DNA of 35,024 bases. Origin: an uncultured Lachnospiraceae bacterium (GTDB taxonomy: Bacteria > Bacillota > Clostridia > Lachnospirales > Lachnospiraceae). Shown piece after piece: positions 17,830 through 25,697 of the stretch (position 1 is the first letter of the stretch; every line of letters starts with the position of its first letter). The stretch is taken from assembly GCA_902766945.1 (NCBI GenBank), contig CACXFK010000182.1:1-35024 (forward strand), in the 5' to 3' direction. The notes under the pieces were generated by a model. That model did no database searches and was not told the origin of the DNA. It saw nothing but the letters and a program-made list of their open reading frames with translations. Both the position numbers and the translations under genes were made by a program.

Positions 17830-18705
17830 ATGGACTTCCTGACTGCATTTTTGCTCGGTGCCCTGCAGGGCGTGCTGGAGTTTTTTCCTGTCAGCTCTAC
17901 CGGGCATCTTGTTTTCGTGGAACAGATCACCGCTTTTGAGGCGCCGCGCCTGCTGTTCCACGCATTTCTTCATATCGGATCGGTGATCGCGGTGATCTAT
18001 GTTTTCAGACGGGATGTGTTCCGCCTGGTGATCGAGAGCGGCCGGATCCTTGCGGATGTCCTGAGGAATATGAAGGAATTCATCGGGAGCCTCCTTAAGG
18101 GATCCGATCCTGATTACATCAAAGTGATCCGCACCAATTACCGCAAGCTGGTCGTGATGCTGACCGCCGCGTCGATTCCGACCTTTGCAGGCGGCATTCT
18201 CCTGCGCGGTGCGGCAGAGACGCTGTCCGGATCGGTTATGTATACCGGTGTAGGACTTCTTATGACAGGCATCATCCTGCTTGTGTCTTCGATGCTGCGC
18301 CCGATGGATGAGATGCCAAAAGACATCCCGTACTGGAAAATCTTCGTGATCGGAGCCGCTCAGGGCTTATCCGTGCTTCCCGGCGTGTCCCGCTTCGGCG
18401 TGACGCTCAGCGGCGGCATCCTGTGCGGGCTCGGCAAGATGACGGCGGTGAGAATCTCGTTCCTCATGCTGATACCGGTCTCTCTCGGCGCTCTTGCAGA
18501 GGAACTGGCCGTTTCGATTCCGGCGGGCGTGATGGCCGGCCGCACGGCCGGTATCTGTCTTACCGGCATGGCAGCGTCGGCGGTCTTTGGAATCCTGCTT
18601 ATGAAACGTCTTCTCCGCTTTGTCCGCGTGAGGGATTTGAAGGGGTTTGCTTATTATTGCTTTTGCGCCGGGGCGATCTCCGTCATGATCGGGTTCTTCC
18701 TGTAA
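17830..18705 (+). CDS. uppP: Undecaprenyl-diphosphate phosphatase (BacA/UppP family)
   Basis: QGVLEFFPVSSTGH motif I, PGVSRFGVT motif II (variant), SFLMLIP, multiple transmembrane helices. Confidence 0.88.
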   Translation: MDFLTAFLLGALQGVLEFFPVSSTGHLVFVEQITAFEAPRLLFHAFLHIGSVIAVIYVFRRDVFRLVIESGRILADVLRNMKEFIGSLLKGSDPDYIKVIRTNYRKLVVMLTAASIPTFAGGILLRGAAETLSGSVMYTGVGLLMTGIILLVSSMLRPMDEMPKDIPYWKIFVIGAAQGLSVLPGVSRFGVTLSGGILCGLGKMTAVRISFLMLIPVSLGALAEELAVSIPAGVMAGRTAGICLTGMAASAVFGILLMKRLLRFVRVRDLKGFAYYCFCAGAISVMIGFFL

Positions 18706-18732
18706 AACAAGAACGGCGCTTTGGGGGTATAA

Positions 18733-21561
18733 ATGGCTTCATCTGGCACAAAAAAGAGGAAGGGGAGCGCTTCGTCTTCTTCCGGGAAAAAGAGCGCGTC
18801 CAGAAGTTCGTCTTTTGCGTCTGCTTCCGGACGGACGGCTTCCGCGAGATCATCTTCAGGACGGACTTCTTCGGGAAGAACCTCTTCCGGAAGAACGGCA
18901 TCCGCAAGGACGGCTTCCGCTTCCCGGCCGGCCGCTTCGCGCAGCCGCAGCCGCTCATCCGCCGCGGACGCGAGGGTGGGGCAGGAGATCGGGATCTGCA
19001 TCGCGGCAGCTGTCTCGCTCCTCATCGGTCTGGGTAATCTCGGCATGGTCGGGCGCGCCGGCAATACGGTGAGCGACGCCCTGTTCGGGGTCTTCGGCCT
19101 GATGGCTTATGTGGTTCCTTTCCTGCTGTTTTTCGGCTATGCATTTTTCATCGCAAACAGAAGAAATTCGCTGATCGGGCGCAAGATGACGGGGCTCATC
19201 CTCCTCGTTTTGTTTTTATGCGCCTTTATGCAGCTGCTGACACTGGGATATGACCGTCAAAGCATGGTCCGCGACTTTTATACGGTCGCGTCCGAGGACC
19301 ACGTGGGGGGCGGCTTTATCGGCGGCATTCTCGTCTTCGGTTTCGGATACGCTTTCGGCATGACAGGCGCTTACATTCTGACCGTGTGCGGACTCATCAT
19401 CGCCGCGATCGTGCTCACGCAGAAGCCGCTTCTTACGGCTTTCGGAATCAGGAGCCGGCGGGCCGCCATCAAGGCTTCCAATAAAACCCGGGAGAAGCGC
19501 AGGGAGCGGGCTGAAAGGCGCAGAATACGGGCTCTCGAGCGGGAAGAAGCGCGCGCAGGCGAGGACGAGGATTACTATATCGACCTCGAGGAGGATTACG
19601 GCGCAAGTCCGCTTGAGCGGGTCACACTTGAGCGGGACATCACCAAAAAGAGCGACGCGCTGGAGGCGAAGAAGAAAGGGAAAGTGAAGCAGCCGTCTAA
19701 AAAGGCTGCGGATCATGCGCCTGCCGCGACGCATCCGGATCCGATGCGGCCGCTTCCGGACATGAGCTCCCTGACGATCGACGACGGCGGCGCCGTCTTC
19801 GCGATGCCGTCCTTCCTCCGGACGAAGGATGCGGCTCCGGCCGATGTCCTGCCTTCATCCGTTCCTGAGACGGAGCGGGAGCCGGACGCACTCGATATGG
19901 AGCTCGGAGGAGCGCCGCTTCCGGAAGAGCGGGCGGTCTTTAAGCAGGCAGAGCCCGAGACGGCTCCGCTTCCCGAGAAGCCGAAAAGGCGCAGGGAGAA
20001 GGCAAAAGATGCCGCGCTGACACCGGAAGAGCGGGCGAAGGACATCAAAGAAGTCGGAGAAGAAATCGAGATCAGAACCGAGAAAAAAACCTATCAGCTT
20101 CCGCCGATTGATCTGCTGACCCCGGGAAAGCCCACGAAGGGCGATTCCAGGCAGCAGCTGATGGACACCGCGGCAAAGCTGCAGCAGACGCTCGAAAACT
20201 TCGGCGTGAACGTCAAAGTCGTCAACGTCAGCAGAGGACCGACGGTAACGAGATACGAGCTGCAGCCCGAGATGGGCGTCAAAGTCAGCCGGATCATCAA
20301 TCTGCAGGATGACATCAAACTGAATCTTGCGACGTCCGAGATCCGGATCGAAGCGCCGATTCCGGGGAAAGCGGCCGTCGGCATCGAAGTCCCGAACAAG
20401 GAGATCGCGCCGGTGATGCTGCATGATATCCTGGACTCGGATGAGTTCCGGAATACAAAGGCGCATCTGCCGTTTGCCGTCGGCAAGGACATCGGCGGCA
20501 GGGTCGTGATCGCGGATATCGAGAAAATGCCGCATCTTCTGATTGCGGGCGCAACCGGTTCCGGTAAATCCGTCTGCATCAACACGCTGATCATGAGCAT
20601 TTTGTATAAATGCACGCCGGACGAAGTGCGGCTCCTCATGATCGACCCGAAAGTGGTTGAGCTGAAGATCTACGACGGCATCCCCCATCTTCTGATTCCG
20701 GTCGTGACGGATGCGAGGAAAGCCGCCGGGGCCCTCAACTGGGCGGTCCAGGAGATGACGGACCGCTACAACAAGTTTGCGCAGTATCCGGGCGTCCGCG
20801 ATATCCGCTCGTATAACGAACGGGTCGCGAAGATGAACCGGGAACTCGATGAGGCGGAACAGATACCGACGATGCCGAGGATCATCGTGATCGTCGACGA
20901 GCTCGCGGATCTGATGATGGTGGCGTCCTCTGAAGTGGAGGATGCGATCTGCCGTCTGGCCCAGCTGGCAAGAGCGGCCGGCATTCACCTGATCATCGCG
21001 ACGCAGCGTCCTTCGGTCAACGTCGTGACCGGACTCATCAAAGCCAACATGCCGTCGAGGATCGCGCTCGCCGTCACAAGCGGGATCGACAGCCGCACCA
21101 TTCTCGATATGAACGGCGCCGAGAAACTGCTCGGAAAGGGTGATATGCTGTTCTATCCGCAGGGCTATCCGAAGCCCGCGAGAGTGCAGGGCGGCTATGT
21201 CTCGGACAGCGACATCACGGACGTCGTCAGCTTTTTGACTTCACAAACAGATGAGGTCGAGTATAATAAAGAAGTAGAAGAAAAGATCAGCAATTCGGCT
21301 TCGCCGGCAGCTTCCGCCGGAGGCGCATCTTCCGATGACGGGCGTGACGAGTATTTTGAGGACTCCGGCCGGCTGATCATCGAGAAGGATAAGGCGTCGA
21401 TCGGGATGCTGCAGAGAGCTTTCAAGATCGGATTTAACCGGGCCGCCCGGATCATGGACCAGCTGGCGGATGCGGGTGTGGTCGGCGGCGAGGAAGGCAC
21501 AAAGCCCCGGAAGATCTTGATGACACTGGAAGAATTCGAGCAATTACTGCAGACGGAGTGA
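18733..21561 (+). CDS. ftsK: DNA translocase FtsK/SpoIIIE
   Basis: N-terminal transmembrane domain, charged linker, GPTVTRYE, RIEAPIPGK, HLLIAGATGSGKS, IDPKVVEL, DELADLMM, ATQRPS, gamma domain LQRAFKIGFNRAARIMDQL. Confidence 0.97.
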   Translation: MASSGTKKRKGSASSSSGKKSASRSSSFASASGRTASARSSSGRTSSGRTSSGRTASARTASASRPAASRSRSRSSAADARVGQEIGICIAAAVSLLIGLGNLGMVGRAGNTVSDALFGVFGLMAYVVPFLLFFGYAFFIANRRNSLIGRKMTGLILLVLFLCAFMQLLTLGYDRQSMVRDFYTVASEDHVGGGFIGGILVFGFGYAFGMTGAYILTVCGLIIAAIVLTQKPLLTAFGIRSRRAAIKASNKTREKRRERAERRRIRALEREEARAGEDEDYYIDLEEDYGASPLERVTLERDITKKSDALEAKKKGKVKQPSKKAADHAPAATHPDPMRPLPDMSSLTIDDGGAVFAMPSFLRTKDAAPADVLPSSVPETEREPDALDMELGGAPLPEERAVFKQAEPETAPLPEKPKRRREKAKDAALTPEERAKDIKEVGEEIEIRTEKKTYQLPPIDLLTPGKPTKGDSRQQLMDTAAKLQQTLENFGVNVKVVNVSRGPTVTRYELQPEMGVKVSRIINLQDDIKLNLATSEIRIEAPIPGKAAVGIEVPNKEIAPVMLHDILDSDEFRNTKAHLPFAVGKDIGGRVVIADIEKMPHLLIAGATGSGKSVCINTLIMSILYKCTPDEVRLLMIDPKVVELKIYDGIPHLLIPVVTDARKAAGALNWAVQEMTDRYNKFAQYPGVRDIRSYNERVAKMNRELDEAEQIPTMPRIIVIVDELADLMMVASSEVEDAICRLAQLARAAGIHLIIATQRPSVNVVTGLIKANMPSRIALAVTSGIDSRTILDMNGAEKLLGKGDMLFYPQGYPKPARVQGGYVSDSDITDVVSFLTSQTDEVEYNKEVEEKISNSASPAASAGGASSDDGRDEYFEDSGRLIIEKDKASIGMLQRAFKIGFNRAARIMDQLADAGVVGGEEGTKPRKILMTLEEFEQLLQTE
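18826..18915 (+). repeat. Six in-frame 15-bp degenerate repeats encoding S-[GA]-R-[TS]-[AS] in the FtsK N-terminus
   Basis: tccggacggacggct / tccgcgagatcatct / tcaggacggacttct / tcgggaagaacctct / tccggaagaacggca / tccgcaaggacggct = SGRTA SARSS SGRTS SGRTS SGRTA SARTA. Confidence 0.8.
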
Positions 21562-21565
21562 TCGC

Positions 21566-22459
21566 ATGGTATGCAGAAACTGCGGTTCCAGGATACCGGA
21601 CGGGAAGCTTTACTGTCCGTTCTGCGGAGAAGAAGTCCAGCTCGTTCCCGAGTACAATTCCACCGACATGCAGCGGGTGATGAAGCACATGGAGGAGGAA
21701 GAACAGGAGCGTCTCCGCAGAGAAAAGGAACTGGAAGAAGAGGAGAACAGGAGACGGAGGCGTATGAGCCCTGAGATGAAGCTTCTCAGCGTGCTCATCA
21801 TCGCTCTTTTGTCGGCTGCTTTTTCCCTGTGCATGATCTTTCTGATCAAGCGCGCCAATCATGAGAATTTCGGCTACCTGCGCGTGCAGGCGGCCCGGGC
21901 TGCCGAAAGCGGAGATACGGCAGAGGCGCTTCAGTACCTGGTACAGGCGGAGGCTGTGATGCCTCCGGCCTCGATCGGACTGTCTTTAGACAAGAGCGGG
22001 CTTTTATGGGAACTCGGGCAGAAAGACAACGCCAAGGCCACGCTGTACGGCCTGCTCACGAAAGACCGTTCGCTCCCTGTCTATGAACAACTGATCGCCT
22101 ATCTGGCCGAGGACGGTGAGAATGACCGGATCGCGGCGCTTGTCGCCGACAGCGGGAATGAAGAGCTCATCGAAACATACGGCGCGTATATCGCGAATCC
22201 GCCCGAGTTCAGTCTGATGAACGGCGACACCTACGCGTACGGCACGATGCTTACCATCACGGTGACGGGAAAAGGAAAAATCTACTACACGACGGACGGC
22301 ACGGATCCTTCCGACAGCGCCTTCCTGTATGAAGAGCCGGTCATGCTTGAGATGGGCACAAACCGGATCCGGTCTGTTTTTATCAACGAGAAGGGTGTGC
22401 GAAGTCCCGAGTCCGCTGCCGTATATAACGTCATCAAGGCGGAGACCAAGGCAGCCTGA
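21566..22459 (+). CDS. Uncharacterised membrane protein: zinc ribbon, charged coil, one TM helix, TPR-like helices, FN3-associated/chitobiase-C-like domain
   Basis: CRNC-x10-CPFC; E/R-rich stretch; LLSVLIIALLSAAFSLCMIFLI helix; PPEFSL...IYYTTDGTDPS...YEEP. GGAG at 21555-21558; starts 4 nt after the ftsK stop. Confidence 0.8.
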   Translation: MVCRNCGSRIPDGKLYCPFCGEEVQLVPEYNSTDMQRVMKHMEEEEQERLRREKELEEEENRRRRRMSPEMKLLSVLIIALLSAAFSLCMIFLIKRANHENFGYLRVQAARAAESGDTAEALQYLVQAEAVMPPASIGLSLDKSGLLWELGQKDNAKATLYGLLTKDRSLPVYEQLIAYLAEDGENDRIAALVADSGNEELIETYGAYIANPPEFSLMNGDTYAYGTMLTITVTGKGKIYYTTDGTDPSDSAFLYEEPVMLEMGTNRIRSVFINEKGVRSPESAAVYNVIKAETKAA

Positions 22460-22485
22460 CCGGCATTTTCTAATCTTTGACACAG

Positions 22486-22548
22486 GATTCTCGTGACTTC
22501 AGTCATGAGAGGAATGTGCAATTCGCGCACGATTCCTCTTCGAGAATC
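22486..22548 (+). other. Candidate structured element (three-way junction or palindromic operator) upstream of nfnAB
   Basis: Nested complementary segments 22486-22493/22541-22548, 22494-22497/22502-22505 and 22507-22519/22527-22540; function unknown. Confidence 0.45.
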
Positions 22549-22629
22549 GTGATTTACATTTGTGCAGCTGGCAAGTCCGGATGCAAAAGGGCAATCGGAT
22601 AAGCTTAACAGATATATGGGAGGGCAGAG

Positions 22630-23505
22630 ATGTTCAAAATTCTTGAAAAGAGGCAGCTCAGCGAGGTTGTCTGGGAAATGGTGGTGGAGGCGCCGCTCCT
22701 CGCGCGCCACGCGAAGCCGGGACAGTTCCTGATCGTGAGGAAAGACGAGACGGGCGAGCGGATCCCGCTGACCATCTGTGACTATGACGCAGAGAGAGGG
22801 ACCGTCACGATCGTGTTCCAGCCGGTCGGCGTATCCACGATGAAGTATCTGGAACTTGAAGTGGGAGACGGTTTTGCAGACGTCGTCGGCCCGCTCGGAA
22901 GACCCTCCGATATCCTGGATATGAGCGAGGAAGAACTGAAAAGCAAAAAATTTCTCTTTGTCTGCGGCGGCGTCGGAACCGCACCGGTCTATCCGCAGGT
23001 CAAGTGGCTCCATGAGCGCGGCATTGACGCCGACGTCATCATCGGATGCCGCACGAAGGATCTTCTTTTTTACGAAGACAAGATGCGCGAAGTGGCGGGC
23101 AATCTGTACATCACAACGGACGACGGATCCTATATGCACAAGGGTGTCGTCACAAGCGTGATCGACGAGCTTGTAGCCGAGGGTAAAAAATATGATCACT
23201 GCGTCTCGATCGGACCGATGATCATGATGAAATTCTGCTGCCTGACAACCGAGAAGTACGGGATCCCTACCGTTGTGTCCATGAACCCGATCATGGTGGA
23301 CGGGACCGGCATGTGCGGCGCCTGCCGCCTGACCGTCGGAGACGAGGTGAAGTTCGCCTGTGTGGACGGCCCCGAGTTTGACGGCCACAAGATCAACTGG
23401 GCGGAATGTCTGAAGCGTTCGCAGATGTACAAGAGCGCGGAAGGCGAGGCGAAGCTGAAATATCAGGAAGGCCGCACGCATGAGGGCGGCTGCGGCAACT
23501 GCTGA
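22630..23505 (+). CDS. nfnA: NfnA (small subunit, FAD/[2Fe-2S]) of the electron-bifurcating transhydrogenase NfnAB
   Basis: AKPGQF, GERIPLTI, GPLGRP, GGVGTAP, GPMIMMK, MVDGTGMCGACR, CVDGPEFD; directly upstream of a GltD-like gene with no gltB nearby. Confidence 0.88.
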   Translation: MFKILEKRQLSEVVWEMVVEAPLLARHAKPGQFLIVRKDETGERIPLTICDYDAERGTVTIVFQPVGVSTMKYLELEVGDGFADVVGPLGRPSDILDMSEEELKSKKFLFVCGGVGTAPVYPQVKWLHERGIDADVIIGCRTKDLLFYEDKMREVAGNLYITTDDGSYMHKGVVTSVIDELVAEGKKYDHCVSIGPMIMMKFCCLTTEKYGIPTVVSMNPIMVDGTGMCGACRLTVGDEVKFACVDGPEFDGHKINWAECLKRSQMYKSAEGEAKLKYQEGRTHEGGCGNC

Positions 23506-23552
23506 TCTGATCCGGTAACGGCGAATATACGCATGAATATAGGAGTTTCAAT

Positions 23553-24941
23553 ATGGGAGATGCAATGAAGAAGGTTCCGGTCAGGGAACAGGATCCGAAG
23601 GTCCGTGCAGCGAATTTTGACGAAGTGTGCCTCGGGTACAACGAAGAGGAAGCGGTCGAAGAGGCTTCCCGCTGCCTGAACTGCAAAAATGCAAGATGTA
23701 TCCAAGGATGTCCGGTCAATATCCGGATCAATGATTTTATCGCAAAGGTGAAAGAAAGAGACTACGAAGCGGCGTATCAGATCATCTCGCTTGACAGCGC
23801 GCTTCCGGCCGTCTGCGGACGTGTCTGCCCGCAGGAGACGCAGTGCGAAGGCAAGTGCATCCGCGGCGTAAAAGGCGAAGCGATTTCGATCGGCAAGCTT
23901 GAGCGCTTCGTGGCGGACTGGGCGCGCGAAAACGGCATTCGCCCGAAGGCGCCCGAGACGAAGAACGGCCACAAGGTGGCGGTCGTGGGAAGCGGTCCTG
24001 CCGGACTTACCTGCGCAGGCGACCTGGCCCGTATGGGATACGACGTCACGATCTTCGAGGCGCTTCATAAAGCCGGCGGCGTCCTGTCCTACGGCATCCC
24101 GGAATTCCGTCTGCCGAAAGACGAAGTGGTTGCCAAGGAAGTGGAAAATGTCAAATCGATGGGCGTCACGATCAACACCGACGTCATCATCGGCCGCACG
24201 GAGTCCGTCGATGAGCTTCTTGCGGAAGGCTATGAGGCCGTCTTTATCGGATCCGGCGCCGGTCTTCCGATGTTCATGGGGATCCCGGGCGAGAACGCAA
24301 ACGGCGTCTTCTCCGCCAATGAGTACCTGACAAGGAACAACCTGATGAAGGCGTTCCGCGATGACTACGATACGCCGATCTACAGGGCGAAGAAAGTGGT
24401 CGTCGTGGGCGGCGGCAATGTGGCGATGGACGCGGCCAGAACCGCACTGCGGCTCGGCGCGGACGTCCATCTGGTTTACCGGCGTTCCGAAGCCGAACTG
24501 CCGGCCAGGGCCGAAGAGGTGCATCACGCGAAGGAAGAAGGCATCAAGTTTGATCTTCTGACCAATCCGGTTGAGATCCTGACCGACGAAAATGATATGG
24601 TCACCGGCATCCGCTGCATCCGCATGGAACTGGGCGAGCCCGACGCTTCCGGCAGACGCCGCCCGGTGCCGGTCGAAGGATCGGAGTTCGAGATGAGCTG
24701 CGACGCCGTGATCATGTCGCTCGGCACCTCGCCGAATCCGCTGATCTCCTCGACGACGGTCGGACTTGATGTCAACCGCCGGAAATGCATCATCGCTTCC
24801 GAAGAGGACGGCGCGACATCCAGAGAAGGCGTTTACGCCGGAGGCGACGCCGTGACCGGCGCGGCGACCGTGATCCTGGCTATGGGAGCCGGCAAAGTGG
24901 GCGCCAAGGGGATTGACGCGTTCATTCGTTCAAAGGGCTGA
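23553..24941 (+). CDS. nfnB: NfnB (large subunit; GltD/SudA-like, often annotated as homotetrameric NADPH glutamate synthase)
   Basis: EASRCLNC...CIQGCPV, CGRVCPQETQCE, GSGPAGL, YGIPEFRL, GGGNVAMDAAR, YRRS, AGGDAVTGAATVILAMGAG. Confidence 0.88.
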   Translation: MGDAMKKVPVREQDPKVRAANFDEVCLGYNEEEAVEEASRCLNCKNARCIQGCPVNIRINDFIAKVKERDYEAAYQIISLDSALPAVCGRVCPQETQCEGKCIRGVKGEAISIGKLERFVADWARENGIRPKAPETKNGHKVAVVGSGPAGLTCAGDLARMGYDVTIFEALHKAGGVLSYGIPEFRLPKDEVVAKEVENVKSMGVTINTDVIIGRTESVDELLAEGYEAVFIGSGAGLPMFMGIPGENANGVFSANEYLTRNNLMKAFRDDYDTPIYRAKKVVVVGGGNVAMDAARTALRLGADVHLVYRRSEAELPARAEEVHHAKEEGIKFDLLTNPVEILTDENDMVTGIRCIRMELGEPDASGRRRPVPVEGSEFEMSCDAVIMSLGTSPNPLISSTTVGLDVNRRKCIIASEEDGATSREGVYAGGDAVTGAATVILAMGAGKVGAKGIDAFIRSKG

Positions 24942-24975
24942 TGTCCACGGGAAAGAGAAAAGCTGCAGCATATAC

Positions 24976-25012
24976 GGATCGGGCTGACCGGGCGGTCGGC
25001 CCGATCCTTTCA
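24976..25012 (+). terminator. Probable intrinsic terminator of nfnAB
   Basis: 14-bp stem GGATCGGGCTGACC / GGTCGGCCCGATCC (one G-U), 4-nt loop, followed by TTTCAT. Confidence 0.7.
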
Positions 25013-25130
25013 TAGCTGTACGGGCTGTTCCGCGGCAGGGCCTGTGCTTCCCGCACAGGGACGCGGGCGCAGGTGAATCCTTAGCGTCCCTGCGCACTTT
25101 GCTCATTACAAGAGATGGAGGGAACAATCT

Positions 25131-25610
25131 GTGCTGATCCGCATCGTCTGTGTCGGGAAAATCAAGGAAAAATTCTATACGGACGCCGTCGCCGAATATC
25201 TGAAGCGCCTCGGACGGTATGCAAAGATCGCGGTCGAAGAAGTGCCGGATGAGAAGATCCTGGACAGAGCTTCGCACGCCGAAAAGCAGATCGTACTCAG
25301 GAAAGAAGGCGCACGGATACTCGGGCGGATCCGGGACGGGGACTATGTGATCGCGCTTGCGATCGACGGCGCAGCGTATGACTCGGAAGGCTTCTCAAAG
25401 AAGATCGGATCTTTGCAGGGAAGCGGGAAAAGCGCCGTTTCGTTCGTGATCGGCGGCAGCCTCGGACTGGACCGCGAGGTCCTTGCAAGGGCGGATGAGA
25501 AGCTGAGCTTCTCGGCCATGACCTTCCCGCATCAGCTGATGCGCGTGATTTTGCTCGAGCAGATCTACAGGGGCTTCCGCATCCTGAACGGCGAGCCCTA
25601 TCATAAGTAA
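25131..25610 (+). CDS. rlmH: 23S rRNA (pseudouridine1915-N3)-methyltransferase RlmH
   Basis: VGKIKEK, EYLKRL, FVIGGSLGL, MTFPHQLMRVILLEQIYR...EPYHK. GTG start with GGAGGG ribosome-binding site. Confidence 0.97.
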   Translation: MLIRIVCVGKIKEKFYTDAVAEYLKRLGRYAKIAVEEVPDEKILDRASHAEKQIVLRKEGARILGRIRDGDYVIALAIDGAAYDSEGFSKKIGSLQGSGKSAVSFVIGGSLGLDREVLARADEKLSFSAMTFPHQLMRVILLEQIYRGFRILNGEPYHK

Positions 25611-25617
25611 TGACAGC

Positions 25618-25646
25618 TTGCTATTTCCGACTGAAACCAGTATACT
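25618..25646 (+). promoter_or_regulatory. Putative sigma-A promoter for the phoH...mutL run
   Basis: TTGCTA (25618-25623), 17-nt spacer, TATACT (25641-25646). Confidence 0.62.
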
Positions 25647-25697
25647 TTTGAGGACTCTTCCGGATAGCTGAGAAAGCGATAGAAAGGACAGTGAAGT

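Noticed and set aside
19855-20988. 377-aa minus-strand ORF inside ftsK
   Set aside because: Antisense shadow of the conserved motor domain; no independent features.
22594-22611. Second Rex-like site ending TTAACAG near the nfnA start
   Set aside because: Only the right half-site matches; not palindromic.
22285-24527. 398-aa and 354-aa minus-strand ORFs opposite nfnA and nfnB
   Set aside because: Antisense shadows of strongly codon-biased genes, with no domain motifs.
23553-24941. Glutamate synthase call for the GltD-like gene
   Set aside because: No gltB large subunit nearby, and it pairs with an NfnA-type FAD/[2Fe-2S] gene, which is the NfnAB arrangement.
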